DNA of 64,000 nucleotides from Carcharhinus amblyrhynchos (taxonomy: Eukaryota): NCBI GenBank assembly GCA_965287045.1, contig OZ336903.1:8618001-8682000 (forward strand). Reading direction: 5' to 3'. Of this stretch, positions 25,635 to 37,700 are shown piece by piece. The position numbers and the translations under genes were made by a program. The notes beneath the pieces were generated by a model, which searched no databases, was not told the origin of the DNA, and worked only from the letters and a program-made list of their open reading frames with translations. The number at the start of each line of letters is the position of its first letter. Within the stretch, counting starts at the first letter, position 1.

Positions 25635-27821
25635 CCTGTCTGGCTGCATTTATACAGGGATTTGGTGAGGCCACACCTTGAGTATTGCGCACTTCTGTTT
25701 TCTGATTCTGAGGAAGGACATTTTTGCTGTTGAGATAGTCGAGAGAAGGGAAGCCAGGCTAACTCCTGAAATGACAAGGCTGACATGGGAAGAGAGACTG
25801 GATTGACTGGGTTTCTACTGAGTGGAATTGAAAAGAATGACAGAGGATCTCAGAGAAACATAAAATTCTGATGGGGCTCGGTAGCGAGATGCGGGAAGCA
25901 TTCCTGAAGTTAGCGAAGTGCAGAATTAGGAGTCACAGTGTAAGAATAAGGGGAAGCAATTCAGAACAGAGATGAAGAGAACTTCTTCACTCAGAGCTGT
26001 GAATCTGTGGAATTATCTCGGGCAGAAGATTGTTGGGATTGGTTTGCTTGATTTGATCAAGAGGGAGCTGAGCGTGGCTCTTGTGGCTCAAGGGATCAAG
26101 AGGTATGCAGAGAAAGTGGGAGTGGGATAGTGAAACTGCACAATCAGTCCTGATCATATTGAATGGTGGTGCAGGCTCGAATGGCCGAGTGACCGGCTCC
26201 TGCACCTGTGTTTTATGTTTCAGTGAACGAGTTGCATCTATGGCAAGGGGAACGGAGTTAATACAAAGTTAATACACAGGGCGTTGACCTTTGTTCTGTT
26301 ATTTACCCATTACTTCTGAGCCATTATCAGCATCTTCTGTTGTCTTAAACACTACTATTAACATGTCCGTTGTCTTATGCCAAAGACATATTTGCCCAAT
26401 CTGCCCTTCCTCTCACCTATCCCTGGCCTATTTCCTTTTCTCCACCTGCTCCACAGTCCATTACATTGCTCAATTTCCTGAACTCCAAGGAAGAGTCTTA
26501 TGGAGTTGAAACGTTAATACTGTTTCCCTCTCCACAGATGCTGTAAGGCTTGCTGGGTGCATGTTTTCCCAGTGTTTTCTGTTTATTTTACTGATGTCCA
26601 GCAGTGCAGCAATTTGCTTTCATTTCCCTGCTGTTTCTTTCTCACCTCTGTCTCTTTGGACAATGGTGGAAGTAAGAACGACTTCCCTGCTTTGCGTTTA
26701 CCCTGAATTGTAGGGTTGGCGGTGCGGTCCATTGGCTGGAAGACCACCAAATCGAAACCCAGCGACTTGCAAAACTTCCGTTTGACAAATGGGGCACTAC
26801 ACTGAAATTTCCGACATAGTCTAATTGGTCCCATTCATTGCTTGTGCTTTTGTGCCTGAATCTGTGTGGGTCACTAAAGTCTTCCTGAGACCAGCTCAGG
26901 GCTCAGCATCTTTAATCATCTTTGTGCTCACTGCGACCCAGTAACAGCAGGATAAACCTGCGTCCCATCAACAGCGTTGTACAAAAGAATCAGTTTATTT
27001 CAGGTCAGTTCCTTTGGACTGCTAAGTGTTCTTTCTGAGTCAGTAGAAGCCCTTATGAGTTGTCAAGTGCTTCTTAAAATTCGTAAAAGGGAAGGAACAT
27101 GATGGCTTGCGCTGAAGTTGCGGCGTTTAAAACAATGAACTCCCTCTGCTGGTTGATGCTGGTAGTTCAACGCTTGATCTGATTATGAGAAGGATCGATA
27201 CGACAGTCTGTGGTGCAAATGTTCCTCTCAACTACTCTAATGGCCAAAAACGGCCATAATAAGCCCATATTAAAGTGCGAAAATAAATTAAATTCTGATC
27301 AGATTATTCTGCCCATACTCCCAAATGCAGCAGTACAAAATAATTGTATTGTGATGTCCGAATTGATGAATATGCCTGGATTGAATGAAGACATTGACAC
27401 GGATAATGACATAAATTCCAGCTAAGGTATATATTCAAGCATTTGTATTGATGAACTTCTGCTACATTGTACATATCACTTGTCTGCAGCAGTGTCGAGA
27501 CAGCGAATCTATTGCGACGGAGGGAGTAGGTACAGTAAATACGAACACAACAGACAAATCAATTAATTGACTCCTCGCAGGTTCTGACCCTTTAGCGGGA
27601 CATGAAAGCGTAAAGTGGTTACAAAAATACCCACTCCTTGAAAAGCACTGATCTTGACGTTGATCACAGCTGATTCATCCATGCATTGCAGCATACATTG
27701 GAAACAGAGAATGATGAGAAATAAATTCTATCTTCGGCTATTAATTCAATAGAATACAGACAGTTTCAAATAAAATATGGAGAGAAATGAAAACTAATTA
27801 TTTCACTATGTGACATCTCAC

Positions 27822-27827
27822 TTTATT
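27822..27827 (-). terminator. Candidate polyadenylation signal AATAAA of copy B
   Basis: tttatt on the + strand ~780 nt past the stop codon, followed by T-rich minus-strand sequence. Confidence 0.5.
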
Positions 27828-28604
27828 CAGATAAAGTGAAGTTCATATGGAGAAAAACCTATTTAGCAGCTTCACACAGCTGGAATGGGAAATCTCACAG
27901 AATGCTTCCAACAAGTCTGTGACATACTTCCAGCGATTTCATCCTGCTGATGTTTACACTTAAAAGAAAAGCGTTGAAAGTAAGGTGTTGTTAACTATCG
28001 CTCAGTGGAAATGTCACCTCTGAGTCTCCAGGTTCAACGCCCATCTCAGGGATTGAATTAACAAAAAAGGACAGAGGAAGTCCTCCAATGGCGAAAGCGC
28101 CGTCTTTCAGACGACACGTTGCACTGAGAGCGGATCTCCCTGCTCTGCTGTATGCAAATACATCTATCTAGAAAACAAACAAGGAATTATTATGGTGTTA
28201 TCCCTGGAATACGGATCAAAATTCATCATTCAAACAAAATTGTCGCACAACAGACTATCTGCTGTTTGTGTGAGTTTGCTCCATACATGTTGGCTGGACC
28301 GTGGCTTAAGTTGCAATTGTGACAACAAATCGAACAGCTCTTTGCGGTAAAGCGTTTTCAGATATCAGATGGTCGCCAAACATGTTAAAGAAATGCTTTT
28401 TTTCACATTGAAGCAATTTCAGCCGTCATGTCGACTTATCAAATGGAGTTTTTCTCACTGACTCAGAAATTCCCACCTGAAATAGCTACCTTTGGGTTCA
28501 CTTTTTTTATAATTTTCACCACTACGAACGTTTCGCCCGACGTTACAAACTGTTCTCACCACTGCATAGCAAAGACTGGAACAGCGAATAAAATAATGCT
28601 TTTA

Positions 28605-28753
28605 CTAGTTTGATGCAGATGTTATTACAGAGTCATTGCCCACTGGCAGCGGAAACTCCGGAGCTGTGAGTGTGTCAGGGTGAACATCCTCATCATTTCC
28701 AGGCATGGGAGGCAATGGTAAACCGGGATCAGCGTGACACTGAGAACTGTATT
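28605..28753 (-). CDS. Copy B terminal coding exon (Pro/acidic, ends ...VITSASN-stop)
   Basis: ccgtttctccccacag acceptor; [24 protein letters not shown]...; TAG at 28607-28605. Confidence 0.72.
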
Positions 28754-31700
28754 CTGTGGGGAGAAACGGATAATGGATTAATGATGGAACTGAGACAATA
28801 ACAACATCTTGGAGATCGACCGCACCGCAAACATAATACAATATTTCAAGCTTTTATAGGATCATCTTGAAGCAGCATTTGAGTTATAACTGGGAAGAAG
28901 GATGGCGAGTCAAAGAAATATTTTGGCTAAGATCAAACGTCCGGCCCAAGGTGGGGTCGAATGCCTCATCTTGTCAGCTTGGATCTTGTTATTCTCCCTT
29001 GTGGGGACCCTGAATTGGATTCAATTGGATTTCGAATTTGGTTCCTGGAGCAAGCAAGAAATGCATTTTGGTTTGCCCGGTCCACTCAGAGCAATGGATT
29101 TGTAACATTAAGAATGAAAACTGAAGTCGCAGCCAGCGCTAACACAGCGGTGACAATCGGGTCTGTTCAACAAGCAAGAATCAGAGAAACGCTGCAGGGC
29201 TGGAGAAATTTACAGAGAGTGGGATGAGGTGCTCTTGGGAAATGGAAGGAAGAGTGTGGATTTTAAAATATGAACAGTGGCATCCAATGTAGGTTAGAAA
29301 AGATAGGAATGATGGGTGAGCAGGAGCTGGAGAGAGTAATAATATTGGAAGAAGATTTGTAACAATCAGCTTCTGAGGTTCCAGAGGCAAGGATGAAGGT
29401 TTCAAAGCAAATTAAGCTGAGGTTAGGGTGGAATCGGGCAATTGTGCAGTTGGGAAAATGGCTGGTCTTTCACATGTCGATGATGTTGTGTGCGACAAAG
29501 ATTATCCCTTGGTCCAGTGTAACACCAAATGTTGCAATCAGCGAGCTTTGGCTCAGAAAGTTGTCAGGGAGGGAGATGCAGTCAGTAAGTGGAAAATAAA
29601 CATCTGTTGTCCTTTAAACATTTGGAGGCTGCCTTCTTAGAGAGTCACCTCAAGCCATCTTTTAGCTCAGACAGTTGCCAAAAGCAGCAATTGGTCTGTT
29701 GTAATGTAACTCAGTAGCCATCTAAAACTTTCACACCAGCAGAGCTACAGTAAGAAAACTTCTCTCCTCCATATGAACACTGATTCCACCTACAGAGCTC
29801 AGCTGTTACAGCAAGTACTGGCAATTCAATACTGGAAGCTATCAGAGATCCATGGACAATCATGCAACCCCTTAACCTCAAATTCAGGCAATGAAATATT
29901 TCAATTTTGGAAACTATCAGGCCAAGATTGAACAAGACAGAATGAATTTGCTTCATGTTTAGAAGTGTCCTTTTATCTTTATGTATAAAAAATCTTTGGC
30001 AGCATATAGACACACATGCACACACATACGAACAAAGAATATTACAGCGCAGTAACAGGCCCTTCGGCCGTCCAAGCCTGCACCGACCATGCTGCTCGAT
30101 TGAACTAAAACCCCTGACACTATCCTATTCCCATCCGATTCATGTATTTGTCAAGACGCCCCTTAAAAGTCACTATTTTATCTGCTTCTACTACATCCCC
30201 TGGCAACGGGTTCTAGGCAGTCTCCACCCTATGTCGAAAAAAAGTGCCTCGTACATCTCCTTAAGTGTTGCCCCTCGCATCTTAAACCTATGACCACGAG
30301 TAACTGAATCTTCCACCCTGGGAAAAAGCTTCTGACGATCCACTCTGTTCATGCTCCTCATAAACTTGTAGACTTCTAGCAGGTCGCGCCTCAACCTTTG
30401 TCATTCTAGTGAGATCAAACCAAGTTTCTCCAATCTCTCCTCATAGCTCATGCCCTCCATACCAGGCAACATCCTGGTAAATCTTTTCTGTACCCCGTCC
30501 AAAGCCTCCACATTCTCCTGGTAGTGTGGCGACAGGATTTGAACACTATATTCCAAGTGGGGCCTAACTAAGGTTCTATAAAGCTGCAACATGAATTGCC
30601 AATTTTTAAACTTAATGGCCTGGCCAATGAAGACATGCATGCTGTATCCCTACTTGACTAATTTCACCATCTGTGATGCCACTTTTAGTGATCTGTGGAC
30701 CAGTATATCCACATCCCTCTGCCTAACAATACACTTAAGAGTTCGGCCATTTACTGTATATTTCCCATTGTACCAGACCTTCCAAAATGCAATCCCACAT
30801 ACGTGTCCCGATTAAACTCCACCTGCCATCTGTCCGTCCAAGTCTCCAACTGATGTATATCTTGAAGTACCTATCCCCTGATGGTCCTCATTGCTATTCG
30901 CAAATCCACTATTTGTATCATCCACAAACTAATCATCAAACCAGTTTTATTTACCTCCAAATTATTACATATTGCAAACGGTAAAAGTCCCAGCACTGAT
31001 CCCTCAGGATCCCATATATATGGTAGTAACTTTATCTTTTAAATAACTTCCAAAGCAATTACGTGAAATGAATTCAATCTTCCCAGCCCCTAATAGATAA
31101 AACGACTTCACACAAAAATACACAACAAATACATTGTTCATGGGTGACCTTGGGGAAGCACTTTTTACAGGGTCTGTGACACAGCAAAATAAGGACGAGG
31201 AAGGACATTTTACTTTAGTCGTAGACACATTAGGATTAAAATTTGTGACAATGAATTGAAATATTTCAGTACTGTATCAGGGCGCAAACCGAACTGAAGT
31301 GATTTCAATGTGGAGTCGCAGGAAAACGCGGGATAAATTTGTGAGGTGACAGGACATAAAAGAACTTTGGAGACGGAAGGGAGCTTAGTGATTGAGCAGT
31401 AGTTTGCAAGTTTTTAGACGACAGGGCTCACATCGGCAGTTTAAAGAATGGGCTGATAAACTGGAGAGGGAGAAGAAACTGTTTGCAATATCAGACGGTA
31501 TTGGGAGGAGCAAGGGGAATTGAGTCATCAATGTTTTAACAGTAATGATGTCGTGGGAGCAGCAGTTGGATCTCACGGACAAGATTCAGTTCAGTTCAGA
31601 GAGAATGTGAGGGGAAATAGAGGAGAAACAAGTTAGGGACTCAATAAAGTGGAAACTTTGAAGGACGTTTGAACAAATGGGCTCAGGAAGAGAGGAAAAT

Positions 31701-34700
31701 AGCCGGGGCAGCTGATCAGGTGAAGACACCCATGAGCTTCTGGCACTAAGGGTCAGTGAGGCTCATCATCCTTCAGGAGTCTGTGTGAGTTCAATCATGC
31801 TGACCAACCAGCTGAAAGGAAAGCTCTTGTGATTGTAGATTTTGCTTTTGAAGCATGTGTCCCCAGTGTTCCATTGAACAGCTTGATATGGCTCCTGTTC
31901 CGAGCAAAACTGCAGGAAACTACCATGGGTTGTGAATATAGACCAGTCCATCACACAAACCAGCCTCCCTTCCATTGACTCCATCTACACTTCCCGCTGC
32001 CTTGGAAAAGCAGCCAGCATATTCAAGGACCCCATGCACGCTGGACATACTCTCTTCCACCTTTCATCAGGAACACATACCAGCTGACTTAACAGCAGCT
32101 TCTTCACAGTTGCCATCAAATTTTTGAATGGACCTTCCAAACATTATCCGATCTTTCTTTACACTCTATCTCAAATAGCAACGTTATGTTCCGCATTTTT
32201 TCCTTTCCTTCTCCTATATGTAATCTATGAGTAGTATGTTTTGTCTGTATAGCACGCAAGAAACAATACTTTTCATTGTACTCCAGTACAGGTGACAATA
32301 GTAAATCAAATATTTTGCAATGAGCATCACTTTCCAGTCCTCCGGACCGTTGGCAGTGCCAATTTGTAGTGAGTAAATGGATATCTTTGCATGTTGCATT
32401 TCGATTTACTGGAAGAACAACATTCTCCGCGGATTGGAATCGAATTCAAACAGGTTCCGGTGAATAGGAGAATGGTAAGGCTGTGGGAGTGTCAGGAACT
32501 CGACTCACCGAGTGCAGAGAGATCACCGCCAGCAGCTCTCAATGTGAAGTGACCCTCAGGAATACTGTCCAGCAATATGTCACCGTCCTGAGCGTCAACG
32601 GGTTCAGCCTCAACATAGTCATAATCACCTGGCACCGGACCTGCGAGGAAATAGGGATTTTCACTCACACCAAAATCTAACACTCTTATCAAGATTATAT
32701 TATCGTGCAACAATCTCTCCGGGTTCTGTAGGGCGTTCTTTGCTTTGGCGAGGTGAGCGGACAGGGAATAATTGGGCCATGTCATGTTGGGTTCGGTAAT
32801 TCCCAGTTTTGAAATCACATCCAACCTCCCCCAACCCCCTGCTCCCACTTCCCCATTCAAACTCGACCCATTTCACTGTCTGTAAAGGAAGCCCTGTGAG
32901 AAGACGCAATGGATGGAATTTTCATTGCTTTGTACCAGCGACTATTATCGATATTACTCACTTTCAAATCAGAAGTATTTCAATCCTCTTTGAAGATAAG
33001 TCTACTCTGAAATACTATGGATCCTTGCTCGAATTATTTCATAGTTCCTTTCTATTTCGTTTCTTTTTGTAAGTAAGTTTATCAAATTCTTTCTTGGAAT
33101 CTGAGTGCCGCTGTCTGGGCCATTTACTGGTACGTATTTTCCATCCCCAATTGCCCTTGATAGGCGGTGGTGAGCCGCCTGACTGAAATGTTGCAGCCCA
33201 CACGGTGTAGGTACACCCACAGTGCTATTCGAGAGAGAGTTCCAAGATTGTGAAGGAACGGCGATATTTTTCCAAGTCGGGGTGGCGAGTGATGTGGGTT
33301 TTATACCAAAAGGGGTGAAGTTCAAAAAGCGCGAAGGCAGCAAGTGAAATTGTACCCACATTGAATTCCGGAGAAGCTCCCTTCAGGGTTTTCTGATCCA
33401 GGTTCTGTGTCATTCAAACTATGACTGGTGTAATATTCCATCCGATTGAGGGAGTTAATGGAAACTGTTGAAGACAAAAATGGGTAGTTATTGGGGAGAT
33501 TGTTTGGAATGTAGGAGACAAGAGCATAATACCTTAATTGTGCCTGTGACAATGACTTAGAACTTATTATTTGTCACGATTGTGGGCGGACATTCACCAA
33601 GCGGACAAATGGCTCAAAGAGAAGGAAACTGTAGTCCGCTAACCACCCCAATCAAGGCAAAAATAGATGTTGCTCCTGCCCTCGACAGATACAATAATCA
33701 CCATTCTAACTCATTCTTCTTGGTAATATCTCACATATTAGAGCAGTGGGGTGCATGGTGGCACAGTTATTAGCACTGCTACCTCACAACACCATAGATT
33801 CGGGTTTGATTCCTAGCTTGGTCCCTGTGTGGAGTTTGCATGTTCTGCCCGTGTCTGCGTGGATATCCCCCGTTTTCCCCCCAGAGTCCTAAGATGTGCT
33901 GGTTAGGTGGATTTGCCATGCCAAATTCTCCCTCAGTGTATCCGATCAGGCGCCAACATGTAGCGACTAGACGATTATCACAGTAACTTCATTGCAATGT
34001 TAATGTAAGCCTACTTGTGAAAAATAAACTTAAATACGGTTTGCTATATCCAGTTACTTTGCAGACAGAGAACGATAATCTCTGATCCAGAATCACCATC
34101 CCAGCTCCCAGAAACTTACAATCAGGCAACAGCAATTACAGAAACTGGAAGTGCATTTGTCTTGAATCACTTTTTTTCGGGAAACTGAGCCAGCCTGTTT
34201 AATTCTTCTGCTAACTGTAACCCCATAACTCTGGTAATATTTTGCACAATGTCTTGCACTTCTGTGTCCTTTTGATGATATGCTGAAACGAAAGATAAAC
34301 TCTACACCACATGCGATGTCTAAAAAAAAATTTGGCACAAGTTCTTTACTTTACAATTCCAATTCTCGAGATGTAGTTGCCAGTGGTTCTGAATAGCTTG
34401 AAGAACCTACACCCATATTTGTATTGTTCCTTGTGTTTGTGTTCTCCGGACATTTTGTTCAAAGATTCCACGTGGTTTCTTATTGCAAATAATCTATCAT
34501 CTCCCTAATTAACTTCATGGTAAAGATGCTCCTTCACAGCGGCTTTTGTTGAAATACAGTTGCCAATAATTTTCAATTCTACATTTCTATTAATGTTTTC
34601 TAGAAATTTGTTTCAGTTCTTCTCAGTATTCACTAAACTGTTCCAAATCCCTCCTCATCTCCCTCACAATTTGGTGGTTTTGACAAACTTAGAAAATTTA

Positions 34701-37700
34701 ATTTTTGACTCAAAACTCAATTATGATCATGCACTAGTTGTTGCAGGCCATCATTTTACTTTTGCTGCCATTCCAAGCAATCAGTCTTTCTCCCACTCTG
34801 GGCTTTCAGCTTTCTTGCCAGTACTTAGTCATGTGATTTCTTGCTTTCCAGCTCCAGATATCTCACGATTACCAGAAGTCTCAAAGATATTTCCTCGCTA
34901 TCTAAGTACTTTTGAGGTGTCGTCGATGTTGCAATGTAGAAACCATGAGCCGTTTCCACACAGTAAGTTCTCACAAACAAATGTGATAATTATCAAATTG
35001 CCTGCTTTTGTGATATTGCCGAGGACACAGTGAATTACTCACTGCGTTTCTGTGAGACGGTATCATGGGATGTTTCTGTTCACACAAGAAGGCACAAAGG
35101 TCCTCGCTTTAATGTCTCACCCAAATATAGAAAATAGAAACAAGAATAGAACATTTCGCAATCCGAGCCTGCTCCGCCATTCACTGAGATCGTGGATGAT
35201 CATCAAGTTCAATATCCTGATCCCGCATTGCCCCATATCTATTGTTTAACCCCAAGAGCTATATCTAATTTCTTCTTGCAATCACCCAATGTTTTGGCTT
35301 GAACTACGTTTTGTAGTCATGAATTTGTGGATGAAGAAATTTCTCCTCGCCTCAATCCTAAAAGGTTTACCCGTTATCCTCACACTTTGACCCCTAGTTC
35401 CAAGTTGGAACATCTGGCTGTGAAGCAAACCCTCGGCACTGCATTGTAATGGCAGCCTTGGTTTTTACACTTCATTTCTGGAGTGGGACTTGCAACCCAA
35501 ATTTTGGACATTGAAATTAGAATGTTACAACCTAAGCTACAGTCCCTGTAGATTAACTCTCATTCTCCAATTGCCGAATCTGTGATGCCTTATCAAGGAC
35601 CTTTCAGAAATCATGATAAATTGCACCTTCACCGTTATTTATATCTAACCTGCTACTTCTGCAGGGATTTTGATGATGTCGGTTAAGCAAGTCATTGTAT
35701 TCTGAAGGCTGACTATGCATTAATATTTGTTTGTTTCGATCATTCATTGATTTTTTTCTTCCTCTCGCATTTGTTCGATTAATTCCTGCCGACATCCCCA
35801 CCCACCTCCACCACCAGCCATGTCCCCCACTCATGAATGTTAAACCGGATAGGCGACAGTTCCTTTTTTAGATGTAGTTTGAAAAATAGCTATCTGTGAG
35901 AACATGGACAATCTATTAATTTTCAATCAGTTATCAAATACCTCTCATGGAGCCTTTGTTATCTCTTCTGATTCATTTAAAATATATGGTTGAATTCCTT
36001 CCAGACCAGAAGATGTATTGTCTCTGCTTTATTCGTTTACAATTTGAATTTGTATAATTTCATGTCATTAGATCAATCTAAATTCCAATATCATGTCCAG
36101 CTATTTTATGCAGTATTAATAATGAAACAATTCTTTAATACTTTGATCATTTCACTTTTGTTGTTTGTTATTTATTCATGGGGCAGTTTTTAAGTATTGA
36201 GTCTTCACTTCAGCTTGAAATTTGGAGAATTTTTCTCTCACTAAAGATTGTCTGTTTTTGTAACTTCCTTTGACAAAGATTAGTTAGAGGCTCATTGATT
36301 GTTGTCCAGCTGTTTGAGATAGATTTTGGATCTATAATGAATTAACATGTTGTGTGACAGGCATGGGAAAGGCACAGCCACAATCAGATCAGCCATCCTA
36401 TTATGGAATGGCGGAGATTTTATGATTTTATCATGTCCTTCAATAATTGATCATATTTCTTTTCAGCATCGTTTTTCTTATTCGAATAGAACATTAAGCT
36501 ATATTATGACATGCTCCTTAAAAATGTCATCTCATTGAATTATCAATTGCTTAACATCTCAGCACAATCCAATCATGTTATTCACTGCCCCCCACCCCCG
36601 CCCGCACCTCACCCCCACCCCACCTCTCTTTTTCAATATATTTGCTTCATTGTGCATTGCCCACATTTACTTTCCCCTTTTTCCTCCATGGTGTCTCATT
36701 CCACCCATGGATTCTTATTTACTTTAACCTGTTGCATTATGAGCCATTGTTGATAAACATCATTGTTTGCCAACGTGGTCCATTAAATATTTCCAAGTTC
36801 AGAATCAGTTCCTGAAATTCAGCACTTCTCCAATCTGTTCTGAGTTATTATCATTAAGTGTATTAGATTAAGTCCGATATTGCCGAGTTGCTCCCCAATT
36901 TTCACCTCTATCTCCTCTGGTTCATTCTCCCTGTCAAGAACCAGTTGTGAATCCTTGCCTGTTGCACTTCTTCCCCACTGGATTAGAAATGGGTGCTTTG
37001 CACATGACAGCTCTCCACTGATGAGATTGTTGTTGACGAACTCAGACACTAGAAATGTCCAGAAATATCTGTAAATGGAGATATACTCACTCTTTTCGAA
37101 TATACACATTCACTGAGAAATGAAGAGTCTTCCCAGGCCAATGAATCATGTCACGGCAGAAACAATCACAACATGACGGGGCTATTTCACACTGGAAAGT
37201 CAGTGGACTGTCCCTTGTCCCCATTTGATGATGTGACCATTTGAAATGGGAATTTAACGAAAAGCCACATTTGTTCTGTGAAGACTGAGTAAAAGAGAAG
37301 TGGAAATACAGACCTGAACCCCCTGAATTATGGTCAGATTCAATATTCTCAATCTCTGCATAAATTCCTTGGTTGGACACAGAAGGCGAAGCCAAGTGGT
37401 GAGCGACAGGACCTGTTAAAGGGAGGGCAAGGTGATCAGCATGTTGTTGCATTGCAAAGATGGTTAACAGTAAAATGCCTGAGGCTGAAAAACAAACCAC
37501 AGATGTGATGAGATCGCAAAGATAAAGCCAGTTAGTTTGAATGTGGATATGCTGTGGCATCTGTGCGAATCGGTGCATCCCTGAGTGTGCTTTTTTGAGT
37601 TTGTAATAGGCGTTTGTTCACCTCCAGCAGAACAGAACCCATTTGCAAGAAAGTCAGAAAAGACGAAGGAAGAGTTCGGGGGAGGGGTGGGGGAGTATGG

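Larger units (their letters stand above)
23130..26220 (+). mobile_element. Degenerate CR1 LINE (RT region to 3'UTR), interrupted by a SINE and a younger CR1
   Basis: Fragments GKMLETIIKD, LDFQKVFDKV, LQGDLDRL; CR1 3'UTR near 26150-26220. Confidence 0.8.

Noticed and set aside
35604-35702. Possible extra cytoplasmic exon (EYNDLLNR...)
   Set aside because: Weak polypyrimidine tract and donor; not needed for frame; no other support.
37354-37374. GIYAEI as a canonical ITIM
   Set aside because: Y-2 is Gly rather than I/V/L/S; treated as a WC1-like Tyr motif instead.
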